From: Amoebophrya sp. A120
Lineage: Eukaryota; Protista; Dinoflagellata
Direction of reading: 5' to 3'
Assembly: GCA_905178155.1 (NCBI GenBank)
Contig: CAJINV010000016.1
Location: 372,001-436,000 of the forward strand
Length of the DNA: 64,000 nt
The notes under the pieces: model-generated
What the model saw: the letters and a program-made list of their open reading frames with translations, nothing else
Told to the model about the DNA's origin: nothing
Databases searched by the model: none
In this document: positions 25,101 to 37,500 of the stretch, one piece after another
Position numbering within the stretch: the stretch's first letter is position 1
Layout: every line of letters starts with the position of its first letter
Program-made: the position numbers and the translations under genes

Positions 25101-28100
25101 GATGAAAGATCCGAGGAACTACTAATACCACTTGCACCTCCGCCGGCTGACGAACCAGGGAAGTAGGAGTTTTGTCCACCGGTATTAAGTAGACCTCCGT
25201 CATTTCTGTCGCTCGCGGCTCTCCCGCCGGGATTCGCGAAGTTATTGTAGTCAACCGACTCAGGGTCGTCCGCTGCCTGCATGTCCCGAATTCCCTGAAG
25301 GGTCTATGATTTGCAAATATGTCTGGGTCTGGAAGGATGCAAGGTTTTTGGTCATGCATATTCTGCATGATCCATGATGCCTGTAACGCATCACCCAGCA
25401 TCACAGATTTTTTTCGGGCTTGCTGTTGCCTGTTCCGCATGACAAACGCGGCCCTCTCCGCGTAGCACAGACTGGTCTCCTCTTGCTGGTCATGCATTGA
25501 AAATTTCTATTGGCATCTGCATCCAAAGACAGCATCACAAGTTGCAATCTTCTAGACCCAGACATATTTGCAGTTGATACGCTCGCGTAGCCCGCGATTT
25601 CCCCCCGGCAATTCAGACCGTCCGAGTACAGGTCCTCCTCCTCGGGAACCCACCCAAACAGATTGGGAATGTCCTTGCCCGGGAAGAAAAACGCCACGTC
25701 TGCCTGCATGCCCTCGCGAGCCGCGTCCGTCATGAAGTTCATGTAGTGCGTTTCCCAGTGCCCGATGTTGTACAAATCCACCAGGCCAAACCAGCGCATT
25801 GTGAGGAAACATCCCCCCTCCCCATATCCAAGACGAAACTTGTGTTGCTGGATTTGAGTACACAAGTCGACTTGTATTGCTAGAAGGCCAAGAAGCGCAG
25901 TTGCTCTTACTTATTTCGTTTGCAGGCAATTTGCCGTGCTGTTTCATCCCGCTTCCAGTTGCTTTCTGTCATGCTAAAGGCGCAAGGCTTTCCTACGCCA
26001 GCCAGCACTACAACAGTGTGTACATCGATCTCTACTTCCCTTCTAGCATGACAGCGTGATTTGTTATCCCAAGTCATGCTACACAAATTTCCCTTTGAGT
26101 ATGGGGACGAGGGGGGATTTTTCATTTTGATACAGCGGATGGGCAGTTCCCAGGTGCGGAGGTCCGCCACTGTGAAGTCGGTATCCTCGCCCTGCAGATA
26201 TGCAGTGCAAAAGTATCGTACTCGTATAAATGCATTACAAACTTCCTCAGCATGAGAAATAACATTTGTAGTGCGGATTTACCTCAAGAAAAAGATTTGT
26301 AATGCATGATTGCAATACGAGTACGATACTTTTGCACAGGATAGCAGGTTCGTGATCTTGATGTTTGCCTCATCGGCGGGGGAGACTGGCGGGTACTCTT
26401 CCGCCAGCGTTGCGGAACGAAGTAGTGTAGAAGACGCCCCGCTGGTTCCCGTGTTCTCTTGATTCCCAAAAAAATTCAGCGAGCCGTCGCAGCCGCCCTC
26501 GGGGAGGAATACCATCTTGGCGGCTTCCGGTTGCGCTTCGTTCATGTTCCAAGTGAAGACACCGACCGCCTGCGGGCCCGGCCGCCAGAGGATGGTGAAC
26601 CGCTCCTCCTCGCTGGTGTCGGCAAAGGCGGCGGTCATGCGACTCGCCGTTCGGCTCTGTTGCGCGAGCGTGTAGGTATCCTGTGCAAAAGTATCGTAGT
26701 CGTAGTAATCGCAACCATGCATTACAAGTTCTTTTCTCAAGTTAAATCCGCATTACAAATTCTATTTCTCATGCTGAGGAAATTTGTATTGCAATTCATA
26801 CTAGTACGATGCTTTTGCATTTCATAGTAGGGGAGCTTTAGCAAAACTGGCACCGACATGCCCGCTCCGAGGATCTGGTCCACCCGGTACCCGCTGCTGG
26901 TTAATGTATCCAGTGCATATGTGTCTGGGTCTGGAAGACTTGGGGAGTTTGTCATGCAAATTGCACATGGCTCCCATTGCATCTGATGCATGCTCTAGCA
27001 TCACAGGTTTGCTCATGCCTAAAGTGCATGAGAAATGCTCTCTCCGGGTGGCAATAGTCTGAGTGTCTTTTGCCTCTCTTGCAACACAGATTTTTGTGTG
27101 ATCGACAGCTAGCATCACAAGTCCCATTCTTTTTCTTTCCAGACCCAGACATATCTGCATTTGATATAATGAAGCCCAGAGCAACAGGTCCGCTTCGATC
27201 GACTGGCTTGTCAAAATGATCACCGCCGCGCAGTGCCCCACCCGGCGCTTGTCGTCCGCCGCGGCGGACCGGAAATTCGCCGCCGATGTACTTATCCTGA
27301 GTAAAAACGTCCCCACCCCATAGTCAAGTTGGGAATCTAGCAACACAAATCTCTAAGCTTTCGGAGCAGTGCATGACAAGTTTCCCTCTGCAGTGTAGTG
27401 CTGGTTGGCAAGGGAAGCTGCATGAGAAAGCCGTCTTCTCATCGTGTTTACGGCATTACAAATTTTCAAATACGATTGAAAATGCCTGTCATGGGGATGC
27501 GCATCAAAAATGTTCCTGTCGTGGCAAATCTGCATGACAACTCTGGGGTGGGGACGTTTTTCCTCAGGATAGTACTATCCGTTTGGTTTGCGGAAGAAGT
27601 CGCCGCGTCGCCTGTTCGTATCACAAGAAAAAAGTGTATACTTACCGTAACACATGTGTTGTAACTGCAGCAACACAAATTTACTCTGTGTGGCTGCACA
27701 GAAAACTTGCAATGCAGAGATCCTAAGGGAAAACGCGTACGAAATCGAAATGAAGTTCGCAAGCAATTCTTGCATGACAACGGTTGTGTGTCTTGCGGCT
27801 CCTGCAACACAATGTGTAACTGTAACACTTTTTTCTCACGATAGTTTGTTCTCTCTGATTGCTATGCGACGAAGCGTCATCGTAGGCCGAGCCGTAGTGC
27901 CCCGCCAAGTTGTAGTTTTGCAGCAGCCTCTTCAGCTCCCGAAGCGGGTCCGGGTGAAAAGACAAGGACGCGGACAGTGGCGGATCAAATTCCAGTGTGT
28001 TCCGCTCTCGCATCTCCCGATCATTGTAGGGAAACACACAGGCTTTTCCGACAAATTCATCCCGCACGTTGGAAGAAGATTCTAAAACTTCCGCATTGGC

Positions 28101-30554
28101 ATTGTCTGAGACATCTTCCGGGTCATCGGGATCGAGGACATCGGACAGCCTATTTTTGGTCGTTGTGCTTGTGCCCAGAGGACTTGAAGAAGAGGAAAAC
28201 GCAGCACCTCCGGACGATGATCTTCCAGTAGCCGAGGAGTCGTCTTCGACGTCCTCGATATCAAGAGCCCCATCACGGCCTTGATCCACCAAAGGCCGCT
28301 GCGCGGTCTTCTCTGCTGCTGCTGGGTCGTTTATCGCGTCTATTGTTCCTGAACCACGACCAGTGCTTGATGTCAACATCTTCGCGCTCTTGCTGTTACC
28401 ACTGCCAGTGGTCACAGCGTGTTGTTCCTGGTGAACATCCTCAAACGGGTTGAAGTTCAGCAGGTTAGAAGGTGTGCTTGCGGCTGGGTAACTATTGCTG
28501 TCGTAATCATTTGTACTTCCTGTTTTCAACATCGTGTTTTTGCTTTCCGTCTCGTAAAACCCCCGTTTCTCCCCGGTTGGAATCGCCCGGCTGGTCATCC
28601 GTAAAGATTGGGTCGGGTACCGCTCCACGGCCTTCACCAACACGTTCGACGATACTCGTTTCCTGGCAGCGAGATTCGTGGCGTTGGTGCCCCAAATGTT
28701 CAAATTCACATCCTTCGCTTCGATGTGTTTCAACCGCCAGCGCAGGTCCGCGGCGTAGGCCTGGTCCCCGATCTTGTGTATGGCGTTCTCAAATGTTACA
28801 TTCTCAACTGTTACATTAATTTGTAAGGCAAGAACGGCGAAAGTGGAAGGAACAAGATTGCGCCTTTTGCATTACAGATTTGACACAGATTTACATGCTG
28901 TTTAGCCCTTCGGATATTTGCCATGCGAAGCAGCCTAAGCGTGGCGATCTTGGTGGTAAATTTGCATGACAAATCATGTAACAGTTGAGAATGTAACAGT
29001 TGAGAACGCCATATTGTGGTCAAACAGGGTGTGCACGTAGGCGAAGTTCGATTCCCGCATCCGTTGCAGAGTGGAATCACAGGAGACATCCGTCTCACAC
29101 CCGTCTGCTCGCGCAATCGCGTCGGACTCCGGTACGATCAGGGTGGCGTCAAGTTTCGCACTGTTCCACAGCTGGATCATCGAGCGACCGGAGTCGGCAC
29201 TAGAAACCACCCCGTTGTCCAAAAACCCGCCGCCGCCCAAGGCGAGCACTTCAAAACCCGGTAATTGTTCGAAGTACTGTCGGTAGCGGAGAAACGCTTT
29301 GCGGATTTCGTAGAGGCCCCCCATCGGGGTCCTTCGGTGCATCCGCTTCACCGATTGCTCGTCTTGTAGCGTCTTCGCGCTGGCAAAATTCGTGCCCGTG
29401 AAAGCTCCACTGGCGTAGTCGTTGCTGCACCCGAAGGAAAAAACCCCCGCTTCCATCATCTCGTCGCGCCCCTCCTTTGTGGTCAAGTCGATCTCTTGCA
29501 TCCCGATCTTCTGCAGGATCCCCGGGAAACAGGTGACGCCCCGGATCCGGCCCTTGCAGTGGTCGAAAATCTGGCCGTGCAGGTCCGAAGCGAGGCTGCC
29601 GCCGTGGGACGAACCAGAAAGTTCCGCTAACACGGAAGACGCGTCCTCTCCGAGGTAGAAGGCGCGCTGCACGTGGGCCACCGGACCGGGATCCATGTTG
29701 TAGGTGTCCGCGGTATGGAGGATGGCCAGGCGCAAAGCCGTGTCGGAATTGACAGAGGAGTCGCTGGAGGGGCCTTGCTTGAACTTCTCCCGGCGGAGCA
29801 TCGGCGTTTTCTGCTTCAATTCTAGGCTGCTGGAGGCGGCTGGATCTTGATGTAGTAGTTCTTCAACATCAGACTTCTTAGTCTTCACGGACTTGCTTTG
29901 CTGTTGCTCCTGCTTTGTTGTTGACTGTCCTTGCCGCTCCTCGGTCTGCCTCTTAGACGACGGCGACACAACGACCGTAGCGGCCGACTTCTTCGACTTC
30001 GTACTACTTTTTGTCATGCTATTGACGCTTTCAAAATTCTCGATCTCCTCGTCGATTTCCTGTTCGGGGCCGAAGACTCGTGCCGGAATAATGTCGTCGT
30101 CGGGATTTTTATGCTTTTTTTTCGTTGCAGTTCTACCGTTTGGAACATGTTTCTTCTCCGGTCGTGTAGACCCTGTAGACCCTCCACCAGCAGTGGCAGC
30201 TTCTATCTCCACGTTTACTTTGCTTCCCTTTGTAGCGCCGGGCAACGGGTCCACCGGGGGGTGGAAATGGCGGTGGTATAATTCATGATCCGGGTGTAGT
30301 TCCTCGTCGTGGACGTCTTCCACCTCTACGTTCGATGACGGAGCTGCTGCTGTTGCTGGTGCTGTTGAGTCTAGCACGCCGCCAGGAGACTTCTCGGTCT
30401 TTGCGTTAGTTACAGCAGTCACGCCACGGTGAAAGTTGAACATCACCAACAGCGCCGAAACCGCCAACGTTGTGAACGGCCGGGCGACGAGGAATGAAGG
30501 TGAACGCAAGAACAACCTCGGCATTCTCCTTTTGGAAGCGGAAGGCGCCATCAT
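16110..30554 (-). CDS. large secretory-pathway/membrane protein (~2948 aa) with degenerate 5'-nucleotidase-like metallophosphoesterase domain
   Basis: N-terminal hydrophobic stretch; motifs LAILHTAD, LALGGGGFL..SSADSGRSMIQLWN, VIILTSQSIEAD, VDQILGAG in 5'-nucleotidase order; TM IVLALVFLLFGILLMIAA near 19720; 23 introners removed give 8847 nt (multiple of 3). Not every junction was translated. Confidence 0.65.
17036..17173. mobile_element. introner family B
   Basis: Family B TIRs; direct repeat ctgga/ctgga. Confidence 0.9.
17391..17614. mobile_element. introner family D (short)
   Basis: Family D TIRs; direct repeat tcgcg/tcgcg. Confidence 0.9.
17968..18380. mobile_element. introner family A with nested insertion
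   Basis: Family A TIRs; direct repeat tgctc/tgcta. Confidence 0.9.
18087..18217. mobile_element. retroposon-like fragment nested in an introner
   Basis: Flanked by ctacctt/ctacctt; cgtatcgtatcg at one end; 33-bp tandem duplication; absent from related family A copy 46866-47127. Confidence 0.6.
18634..18951. mobile_element. introner family D
   Basis: Family D TIRs; direct repeat tgata/tggta. Confidence 0.9.
19270..19584. mobile_element. introner family K (D-like ends)
   Basis: TIR TATTGCAAGGAAAAATGCCC; direct repeat tcagg/tcagg. Confidence 0.9.
19796..20034. mobile_element. introner family L
   Basis: TIR TATCCAGCAAAAAGGATTGTAGG; direct repeat tccac/tccgc; related to 33177-33388. Confidence 0.85.
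20081..20284. mobile_element. introner family E
   Basis: Family E TIRs; direct repeat ccagg/ccagg. Confidence 0.9.
20339..20482. mobile_element. introner family B
   Basis: Family B TIRs; direct repeat ggccg/ggccg. Confidence 0.9.
21188..21272. mobile_element. introner family G, minimal 85-bp copy
   Basis: TIR TATGACAGTGCACAACTCCCCCTCCCCCTCA; direct repeat tcttc/tcttc. Confidence 0.9.
21934..22182. mobile_element. introner family F
   Basis: Family F TIRs; direct repeat agcag/agcag. Confidence 0.9.
22398..22718. mobile_element. introner family D
   Basis: Family D TIRs; direct repeat ggaga/ggaga. Confidence 0.9.
23751..23964. mobile_element. introner family E
   Basis: Family E TIRs; direct repeat gcatc/gcatc. 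Confidence 0.9.
24014..24329. mobile_element. introner family D
   Basis: Family D TIRs; direct repeat cacat/cacat. Confidence 0.9.
24492..24632. mobile_element. introner family B
   Basis: Family B TIRs; direct repeat tcccg/tcccg. Confidence 0.9.
24768..25024. mobile_element. introner family A
   Basis: Family A TIRs; direct repeat gtcaa/gtcaa. Confidence 0.9.
25305..25579. mobile_element. introner family A
   Basis: Family A TIRs; decayed direct repeat gggtc/cgctc. Confidence 0.85.
25797..26132. mobile_element. introner family D
   Basis: Family D TIRs (left end CATT); direct repeat cagcg/cagcg. Confidence 0.85.
26199..26343. mobile_element. introner family B
   Basis: Family B TIRs; direct repeat gcaga/gcagg. 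Confidence 0.9.
26677..26826. mobile_element. introner family B
   Basis: Family B TIRs; direct repeat gtagg/gtagg. Confidence 0.9.
26907..27166. mobile_element. introner family A
   Basis: Family A TIRs; direct repeat taatg/taatg. Confidence 0.9.
27293..27571. mobile_element. introner family C
   Basis: Family C TIRs; direct repeat gtact/gtact. Confidence 0.9.
27619..27843. mobile_element. introner family E
   Basis: Family E TIRs; direct repeat gttcg/gtttg. Confidence 0.9.
28779..29013. mobile_element. introner family F
   Basis: Family F TIRs; direct repeat ttgtg/ttgtg. Confidence 0.9.
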
Positions 30555-31574
30555 GACTTATTTTGTCAGTTCAAGTTCTGTTTCAGGCGGTGTCCTTCTT
30601 TTCTGTTGTTCTCGTTCGTGTCGCCCCGGGTGCTTTCACCTAGGGAAACGCTACAGTATCGAAACACGAAGAGAACATTTTGAATCGTTTGCATTTTGCT
30701 TGCATCTCTCACGACCCCTCAGCAAATAGAAGCAACGACTTTTTCACATTTTTGGCCCTGTTTGACGCTATCACTCGTGGCCTGATGCAGTTCTTTGCGT
30801 TCAGCTTTTTTGCACTCAATCCGACAGCTCTTACGAAAAAAACGACAGCGATTTAAAGACTTAGAACGGCAACGAAAAGGAAAATTAATCATGGGGAGCA
30901 GGTGGCAAAATAAACTACGACCAAATTCTCTTACACACCGGCCAACAAGGTAAGCAGGTGTAGCCTCGTCGCGCTGCACGTTACAGCTGCAGGAGCCCGC
31001 TGATGTGTGGCAGCCATCATCGGGCGAAGGAGCCACAACGAAATCCTTTTCGGTCTTGTCAAGATAACAACTTTGGTACATTGACATTGACTAAGTAGGT
31101 TCTTATTTTCACTTTGGTACAAAAGCGTAAAGGATTCGATTTTATCCCTTTTTCGATTTCATCCTTTACAATGAATTACAGGTTACTGCGCAGCAGTTGC
31201 AGTGCATTTTGATTTTACCATTTCATACCATTGGAGCATTCTGCTTTAGTGTTGACAATTGGAAAAAGTGATCTTTTCTATTGATTGACAATTGGAAAAA
31301 ATATGTGCCGTGAGTTTCTCTCTTACTTCATTTCGTTCTTTCTGCTGAAGCTGCCAAAAATCGTTCGTATACGACCTCTCGCTCAATCACGAGGGTCAAA
31401 AAAGTGTTCTCTCCGCTTGCGCTGCAGGTTCTGCCTCGCAGCTGGAGACGACGACCGTACAGTACTTACTTAGTTTATTTGTTTTCATTGACAATTAATT
31501 TTGGAACAAGTTGAAGAAAAGTAAAGTTATATATATGACAAACGCCGACGTTAGGATTTACAGCATGAAGACCC

Positions 31575-34500
31575 TCATCCTGGAACTTTGTACTTCCGCT
31601 CCAGCTCTTCTTTTCGTTCGCCGTCCATGGAATTCCTGACCCCGCGCAAGGTCGTTGCCGCCATTGAAGTCGCACCAATTACCGGCTTCAGGATACACAC
31701 GGGGACGCCCTGTATCAAGTGCGTTTGCGGTTTGCATTTCTTGCTTATCACAACACATCTTCAATGACTACTTGTACTTTCATGCGAAGATACATAGTGA
31801 AGACGAAATAAATTTTACCGCAAACCAGATGAACTGTACCTTCGCAAAGTGCTTTATCAGTTGGTCGCCCGACTGAATTTGCCTGGAGTGTATCGGCTGC
31901 GAAATTATCCGTCCGGCGTCTTTCACGTTTCGCTTCAAATTCTCGAACCCCATCTGCAGTCCTTCCAAACCGTCCGCCGGTTGCATCGACTCCCGGGCGC
32001 CTTTATCATCCAAAGGAAAAAATGTGTTAGTGTAGGTCCCATGGGGTGACAGCATGACAAATCTGTTCTGCATGACAGACCAAGCCTGTCATCCACAGTT
32101 AGTATCAGTGAAAGCACATAGTGCTTATGAAAGAGGACTTCAACATGAAAGGCTAGCGTGACAAGTGTAATTGTGTTGCATGCTTTGCATCACAGGCTTT
32201 CAATATACACAGTTGTTTTCTTGCATATTTATCGACGGTTGTCCAATCTTCGTCTTCGATGAGGGCACGGAAGGGGTCGACGTCACCTGATTTGTTTATT
32301 TTTTGTTGACGCTCGAGTGTTGTGACTTTGATCTTCTTTCGTCCCGACACAGCTATCAATGTTTTGAAAATTTTGCATGAGCAGAAGGTGGACGCTTAAT
32401 ATTGCAATTGCACCGCTCACCAGATTCAAAATCAACTACGGAATAGCAGGTGCACAATTTTGGAACAGCAAGTATCGTACCATTCTCATCCCTCTCCTCC
32501 TCGTAGATCGCAGCCGGCTGCATCGTGCCACGATTTCGACTGCTTCTGGACCGATTCGTCCCGTAGGCAGAACCTGAGCTCGTCCCAGGCATTCGCTGAT
32601 TCACTTTTTGGTCGATTGACTTTTCGGCGAATTCTATCGTGAGAAAAAAATGTCTCCATGTAAGGATTTTGCAGGTTTTGCATCACAGGGTCGCTCTACA
32701 TTACAGAGAAAATTTGCCATGCAAGGTTCCTAAGGGAAATCGCAGGCAAAGATCCACTGTCTTGATGCATGTGCTGTAGCAAGACAAACACCTGTGAGAT
32801 GCATTTTCTGCATTACAAGTTTACAGTGAAGCAGTTTTTTCTCACGATAAATTCCAAAACCGACTGCGTCGCGAAAAACGCCTTTTCCGTGAGCTCCAAG
32901 GATTCGATCGTTAAATTTTTCAGAAACGCCGTTGTCCCCCGAACTAAGGACCTCGATAGCTGGTTCGTGTGCCCGGAGGAGTGTAAAGAACCGGCGCCCA
33001 TCCTGTTCCCGACATTGCTCAACTGATCCTGTAGAGCGACCTGCAGCGGCTCTTTGACAAATTCGGTTAACGAGACCCCGATATTCGCGAAGGAGCGGAT
33101 CGGGGTTATGCCGGACAAAGACCGCAAAATCTGCGACCGATTCAAATCATTCGCGTACTGGTCGACTAGCAGTTGTTATCCAAGAAAAAAACATTGGCAG
33201 TGTAAGTTTGTGATGCGCAACGCGCAAGATGATTGCGTCTGTCATGCTAGGTGGAATGCGTTGTAGGGTCCATTCAGCCGCGTTTTCCAGTACTATCTGC
33301 GCATGATAAGTTTTGCTCTCATGTCACACAGATTTGTAATGCTGTTCCTGCAAAAAAAGTTACACCTACAATCTTTTTTTCCTGGATAGTTGCAACAGCT
33401 TGTTCGTGCCGACCACTTGCTGCACCTTCACGGAACGGAACGCGATTTCCAAACCCTCTAGTAAGGGAAGTAGGTTGATCAACTCGGTCAAGTCGCCCCG
33501 CTGTAACGCCTGCATGTCCAGCCTTTTCGCCCGATAGTCCATGACCGCGAGCAATGCGGAGATGCGGACATGCTGGAACTTCGGACCAAGGGCACTGCTG
33601 GAGGAGGAAGAAGAAGAAGCACTGTGCCCTGTCATGGTTCCACGAGGACCTGCATCATGATCAGCAGAAAGCTCCATGTTTGCTGTTCCAGAGTAGTTGC
33701 CGGCGGCGGACGAGGCAGAAAAAGTTGTGCCGTGTGCCGGCGCATGATTGTTGTTCATTGCAGAGTTGGACAGAACTGACACCATTTCATCCTCTTCATC
33801 CGCGACCTCCTCGATGTAGCTTGGCAATGTGGTTAGCCGCACGAAACGCAAAACGAAATCAACGACGTCCTGGTCTAGAGTGAGCCTGATCGGAAGTAAC
33901 TTCACGTCGAGAGTGTACTCTTTCCGAGCTGCTTGCTGTTGAGACGATGACTGTATGCTGTGCAAAATAAGTATCGCACTCGTATAATTTGCAGCTATGC
34001 ATGACACACCTAGTTTCTTACCTGAATTACCAACAGAAATTCGCCTTTTCTTCTCGAGCAAATTTGCAATGCAAGTCCTACTAGTACGATAGTTCTTTTG
34101 CAATGCATAGACTGCTGTTGTAGTTCCCGCAAACTGTCGTAGTCCGTAAAGGAATCCAATTTCACCACCAACATATCCAAATCGCTCGGTCTGGGCCTCT
34201 TTTTCTCGTCTTGGTAATACGCCAAAACGTGCTGAAAGGCGGAGCTCTGCACTTCGTCCTTTATCGTGATGTCGCGGATGTGCAACACGATTCTCTTATC
34301 GAGAATGTCGCAGGGCAGCGCTTGAAACAAAGCATGACTCCCCGAACTAGAAGTGCCACCTCCTCCAGGTACCCTTATGAACGTGTTGCTGGATAGGTCA
34401 CTGGTTGCGGGCGGTAAGTGCACTGCGCGGTCAGAGGTTGAAGTTTTTGAAAACGTCGGCTGGACAGTAAACCCGAAGCCGTTGGTCGGTTGCTGGATTT

Positions 34501-37500
34501 TCGGCTTCACAGGCACTAACAATTTCAATCCCATTTTCCTCAGTTGGAGGATTAACGAGAGATCTTTCCGCCTCCTATTGTGTAGTCGCGCAGGATAGTT
34601 GTTGCCACCGCTGCCGGGTCCACCAGGAGAGGAGGATGTGGACACTAGCGCTTGCAATTTCTGCTGATACCTATCCACCGCGAAGTCCGTGCCGCCGTAG
34701 ATCGCGAGAGATAATTCCTCACACTTGAAAGAAAAGTTTTTCGCCACACGACTCCCATCCAACTCCAATTCCTTTTCCCCCGCTAGATCTTTCGGTGAAT
34801 CCTCCCTATCCGCGTAGAGAAATTGGTCGTGCTTGATTGATACCCTATCGGGTGGGACGAACCATCTCGTGGCGGAACCGTGCTGGTGCGCGACGACGTT
34901 ACGGAAGCCGCCGGAGGTTGTATTGGTATTTTGACGTTGATGCGCAGTTGAGGAGGACGACGATGATGTTGTTGTTGACCCACGTTGTTGCTGTCCTGGA
35001 CCCCTAACCACTTCGCGACGACGCGGATCTGACGCAATCGCTCCGGCGGCATGTTGGCCAGATGTTGTCGACCCAGGTCGATGTCCTGGCACCGCTGCTG
35101 ACGAGACAGGATCCCCAACTCCTCCAACAGCAACAGAACTACTGTACATGTTCGCAATTTCCCTTCTCGCCACCCGCTCCTCATCCCGAAAATTTCGGAG
35201 TTCCGCGTTACTGTAAGCGTCTCGGTTGAAGTAGCAGACGGTGACAGGCTCGCCTTGTTCGTCTGACTGCTGATGTTGTTGTACTTCTACGCCATTTGGA
35301 TCGAAGGATGAGGACGTGCTTGTTCCCCCCGCTGTCATGCTTCCTCTTGCACCTGGTGCAACACCACCTTGCTGTAGTTCTTGCTGAAATCTCCGCCGGT
35401 AGTGCTCAACGTCCTCCATTTCATCGTCGTTACTCCCCTGCTCCACCGGAGAAAAGTAGCCAACCTCACTATCCAGAGACATCGCTCTGCTCCTCGGATG
35501 CTGTCCACCTCGGTTGTGATCTTTCGAGTCTTTGGAAGAGATCTTCACAATCGACGCTGGCTTCGAAGAAATTGTCGGTCTTAATAACGGTGGTGAACCG
35601 AAATGAGAGGAGTCCTCGTCGTCGTCGTCGTCGTCATCCAGCATGCCGGGCGCAAAGGGAAGGGGTATGGAAAAGTCGTTATCATCTTCGTCCAGTTGCT
35701 GTCCCAACCCACCCGTCATGTTCCGCACCGCCCTTTGATCGTCCGCGATTAATTTCGGACTCGCCAGCTGCTCTTCTTTTTCGAGGAACAACCGAGGGCT
35801 GTCGGACAAGAGCTGCTCTGTCATGACAGTGCACAACTCCCCCTCGTTCTCATTTCTCATGCAAAACACCAAGTCCACCCTTTGCCTCCTGTCACTATTA
35901 TGCATGACAACTTGCGGCAGCCCAAATAGCACTACACTCCAGTGCAAATTTGTCATGTTGGAAGACTAAGGGCAGGGCGTCCCATTTCTTTAATATAAAA
36001 GCTCCAGTGCAATAAATTTGTCATTCCTTCTATTGCCGTTCATGCTATACAAATGAGGGGGCGGGGGAGATGTGTACTGTCATATCTGTGTTGCTAGTAC
36101 CAGATCCACCCGGGCCACCGCTGCCACTGGATTCCGGAATGGACAGAATCGAGGGCCTTCTCGTCCCTTGATAACTCGGCACTTCCGGTTCCTGGTCTTC
36201 AAACATTTCGAATTCCACCTTGCTGTCCTATCAAGTGCAGAGTACATGTCTGGGTGTGGGTCTGGACGTTTGTCATGCTAAAATGTGCATGATAAAAGCA
36301 CTGTCTTATGCAGGAAAGGATGACAAGTTTGCGGAACGCTTTCTTGTACGCACTCCGCATGACAAACTGCGTTTTTGTAGGACAAGAGAGGCTGCGACTT
36401 TTACTGGCCGTGCAATACAGATTTCACAGAAATGTAAGGCCAGCATCACAAGTTCCAACTTTCCAGACCCGGACCTATTATTGCATTTGATATGTCCTCT
36501 TGATTGTTCATTTTCGATGCTCCAGCTGCACCTCCTGCGGACAAAGTCGGATCGGGTAGTTGTAGTAGGTCATTCGCGTTGTTTGTGAAGTCTGGACTTG
36601 ATAAAGTTGGAACATGTTTCAATTGTTCGGACATCAAATCATCCCTCCCAATGTCGCTATGCAACAACCCTCCGACTCCCTGCATCGCCACCGGCTGGTT
36701 CGTTTCCATCGGGGTAATCGTTATCGGTTGGTGCAGCAACTGCGGGATAGCAGGAGGTGGCATCAACTCTACGTTTGCTACCGGTAGAACACCACGAGCA
36801 TCCATTCCTGCAGGTAAAGAACCTCGTGGTGAGACAACGTCACTGGTCCTGGGACTGTTCAGAATGATCTGCTCCTTCCTCTGCTGCACGATATCCTCCG
36901 CTATTGGAACCGTCGCGGTCTGCGCTTCCACCAACACATTGAGCAAGCACTGTAGCGTGTCCGAGCAGGCGTGCAAAGCGATTCTCTTACACCGGACATC
37001 TAAAGAGTGCTCATCTTCCACCTCCCCGGCGTTATTTGGTTGTAGTTGACTATGCTTCGATATCAATCCCGCTTGCGCCGCTGCTTGGCTTGCAAGTTGC
37101 AAATTGGACAAGTCCCGCTTCACTTTCCACAAAATCGCCGCGTCCTTCGCCTCCAATACGTGCGCAAACCCTAAGCTGCTCAAGATCGAAGTCAAACTCG
37201 CCCGGCTGGGCGGGATGCGGAGGTGGGTTTGCAGCAAGTGCTCCGGTTTGTCGATGACGTATGCGTGGAATTCACCGAGTTCTATGCGAAACCCCTGGTA
37301 CTGCGTACCCGCGACGCCCGTTGCAAGTTCGAATTTGGAAAGCGTAATCACCGTGTTACACTCCACTTTCGTGTTATTTTGTAGGTTATTTGCTTGGTTT
37401 GTGGTGCTTTGCCGTGTGACCGACGGTTGGGAGCGAGGGGAAGCAAGCATCAAGTTATTTTCCCCATAACTGAATTGATCATTTCCGCTCGGACCGTCAC

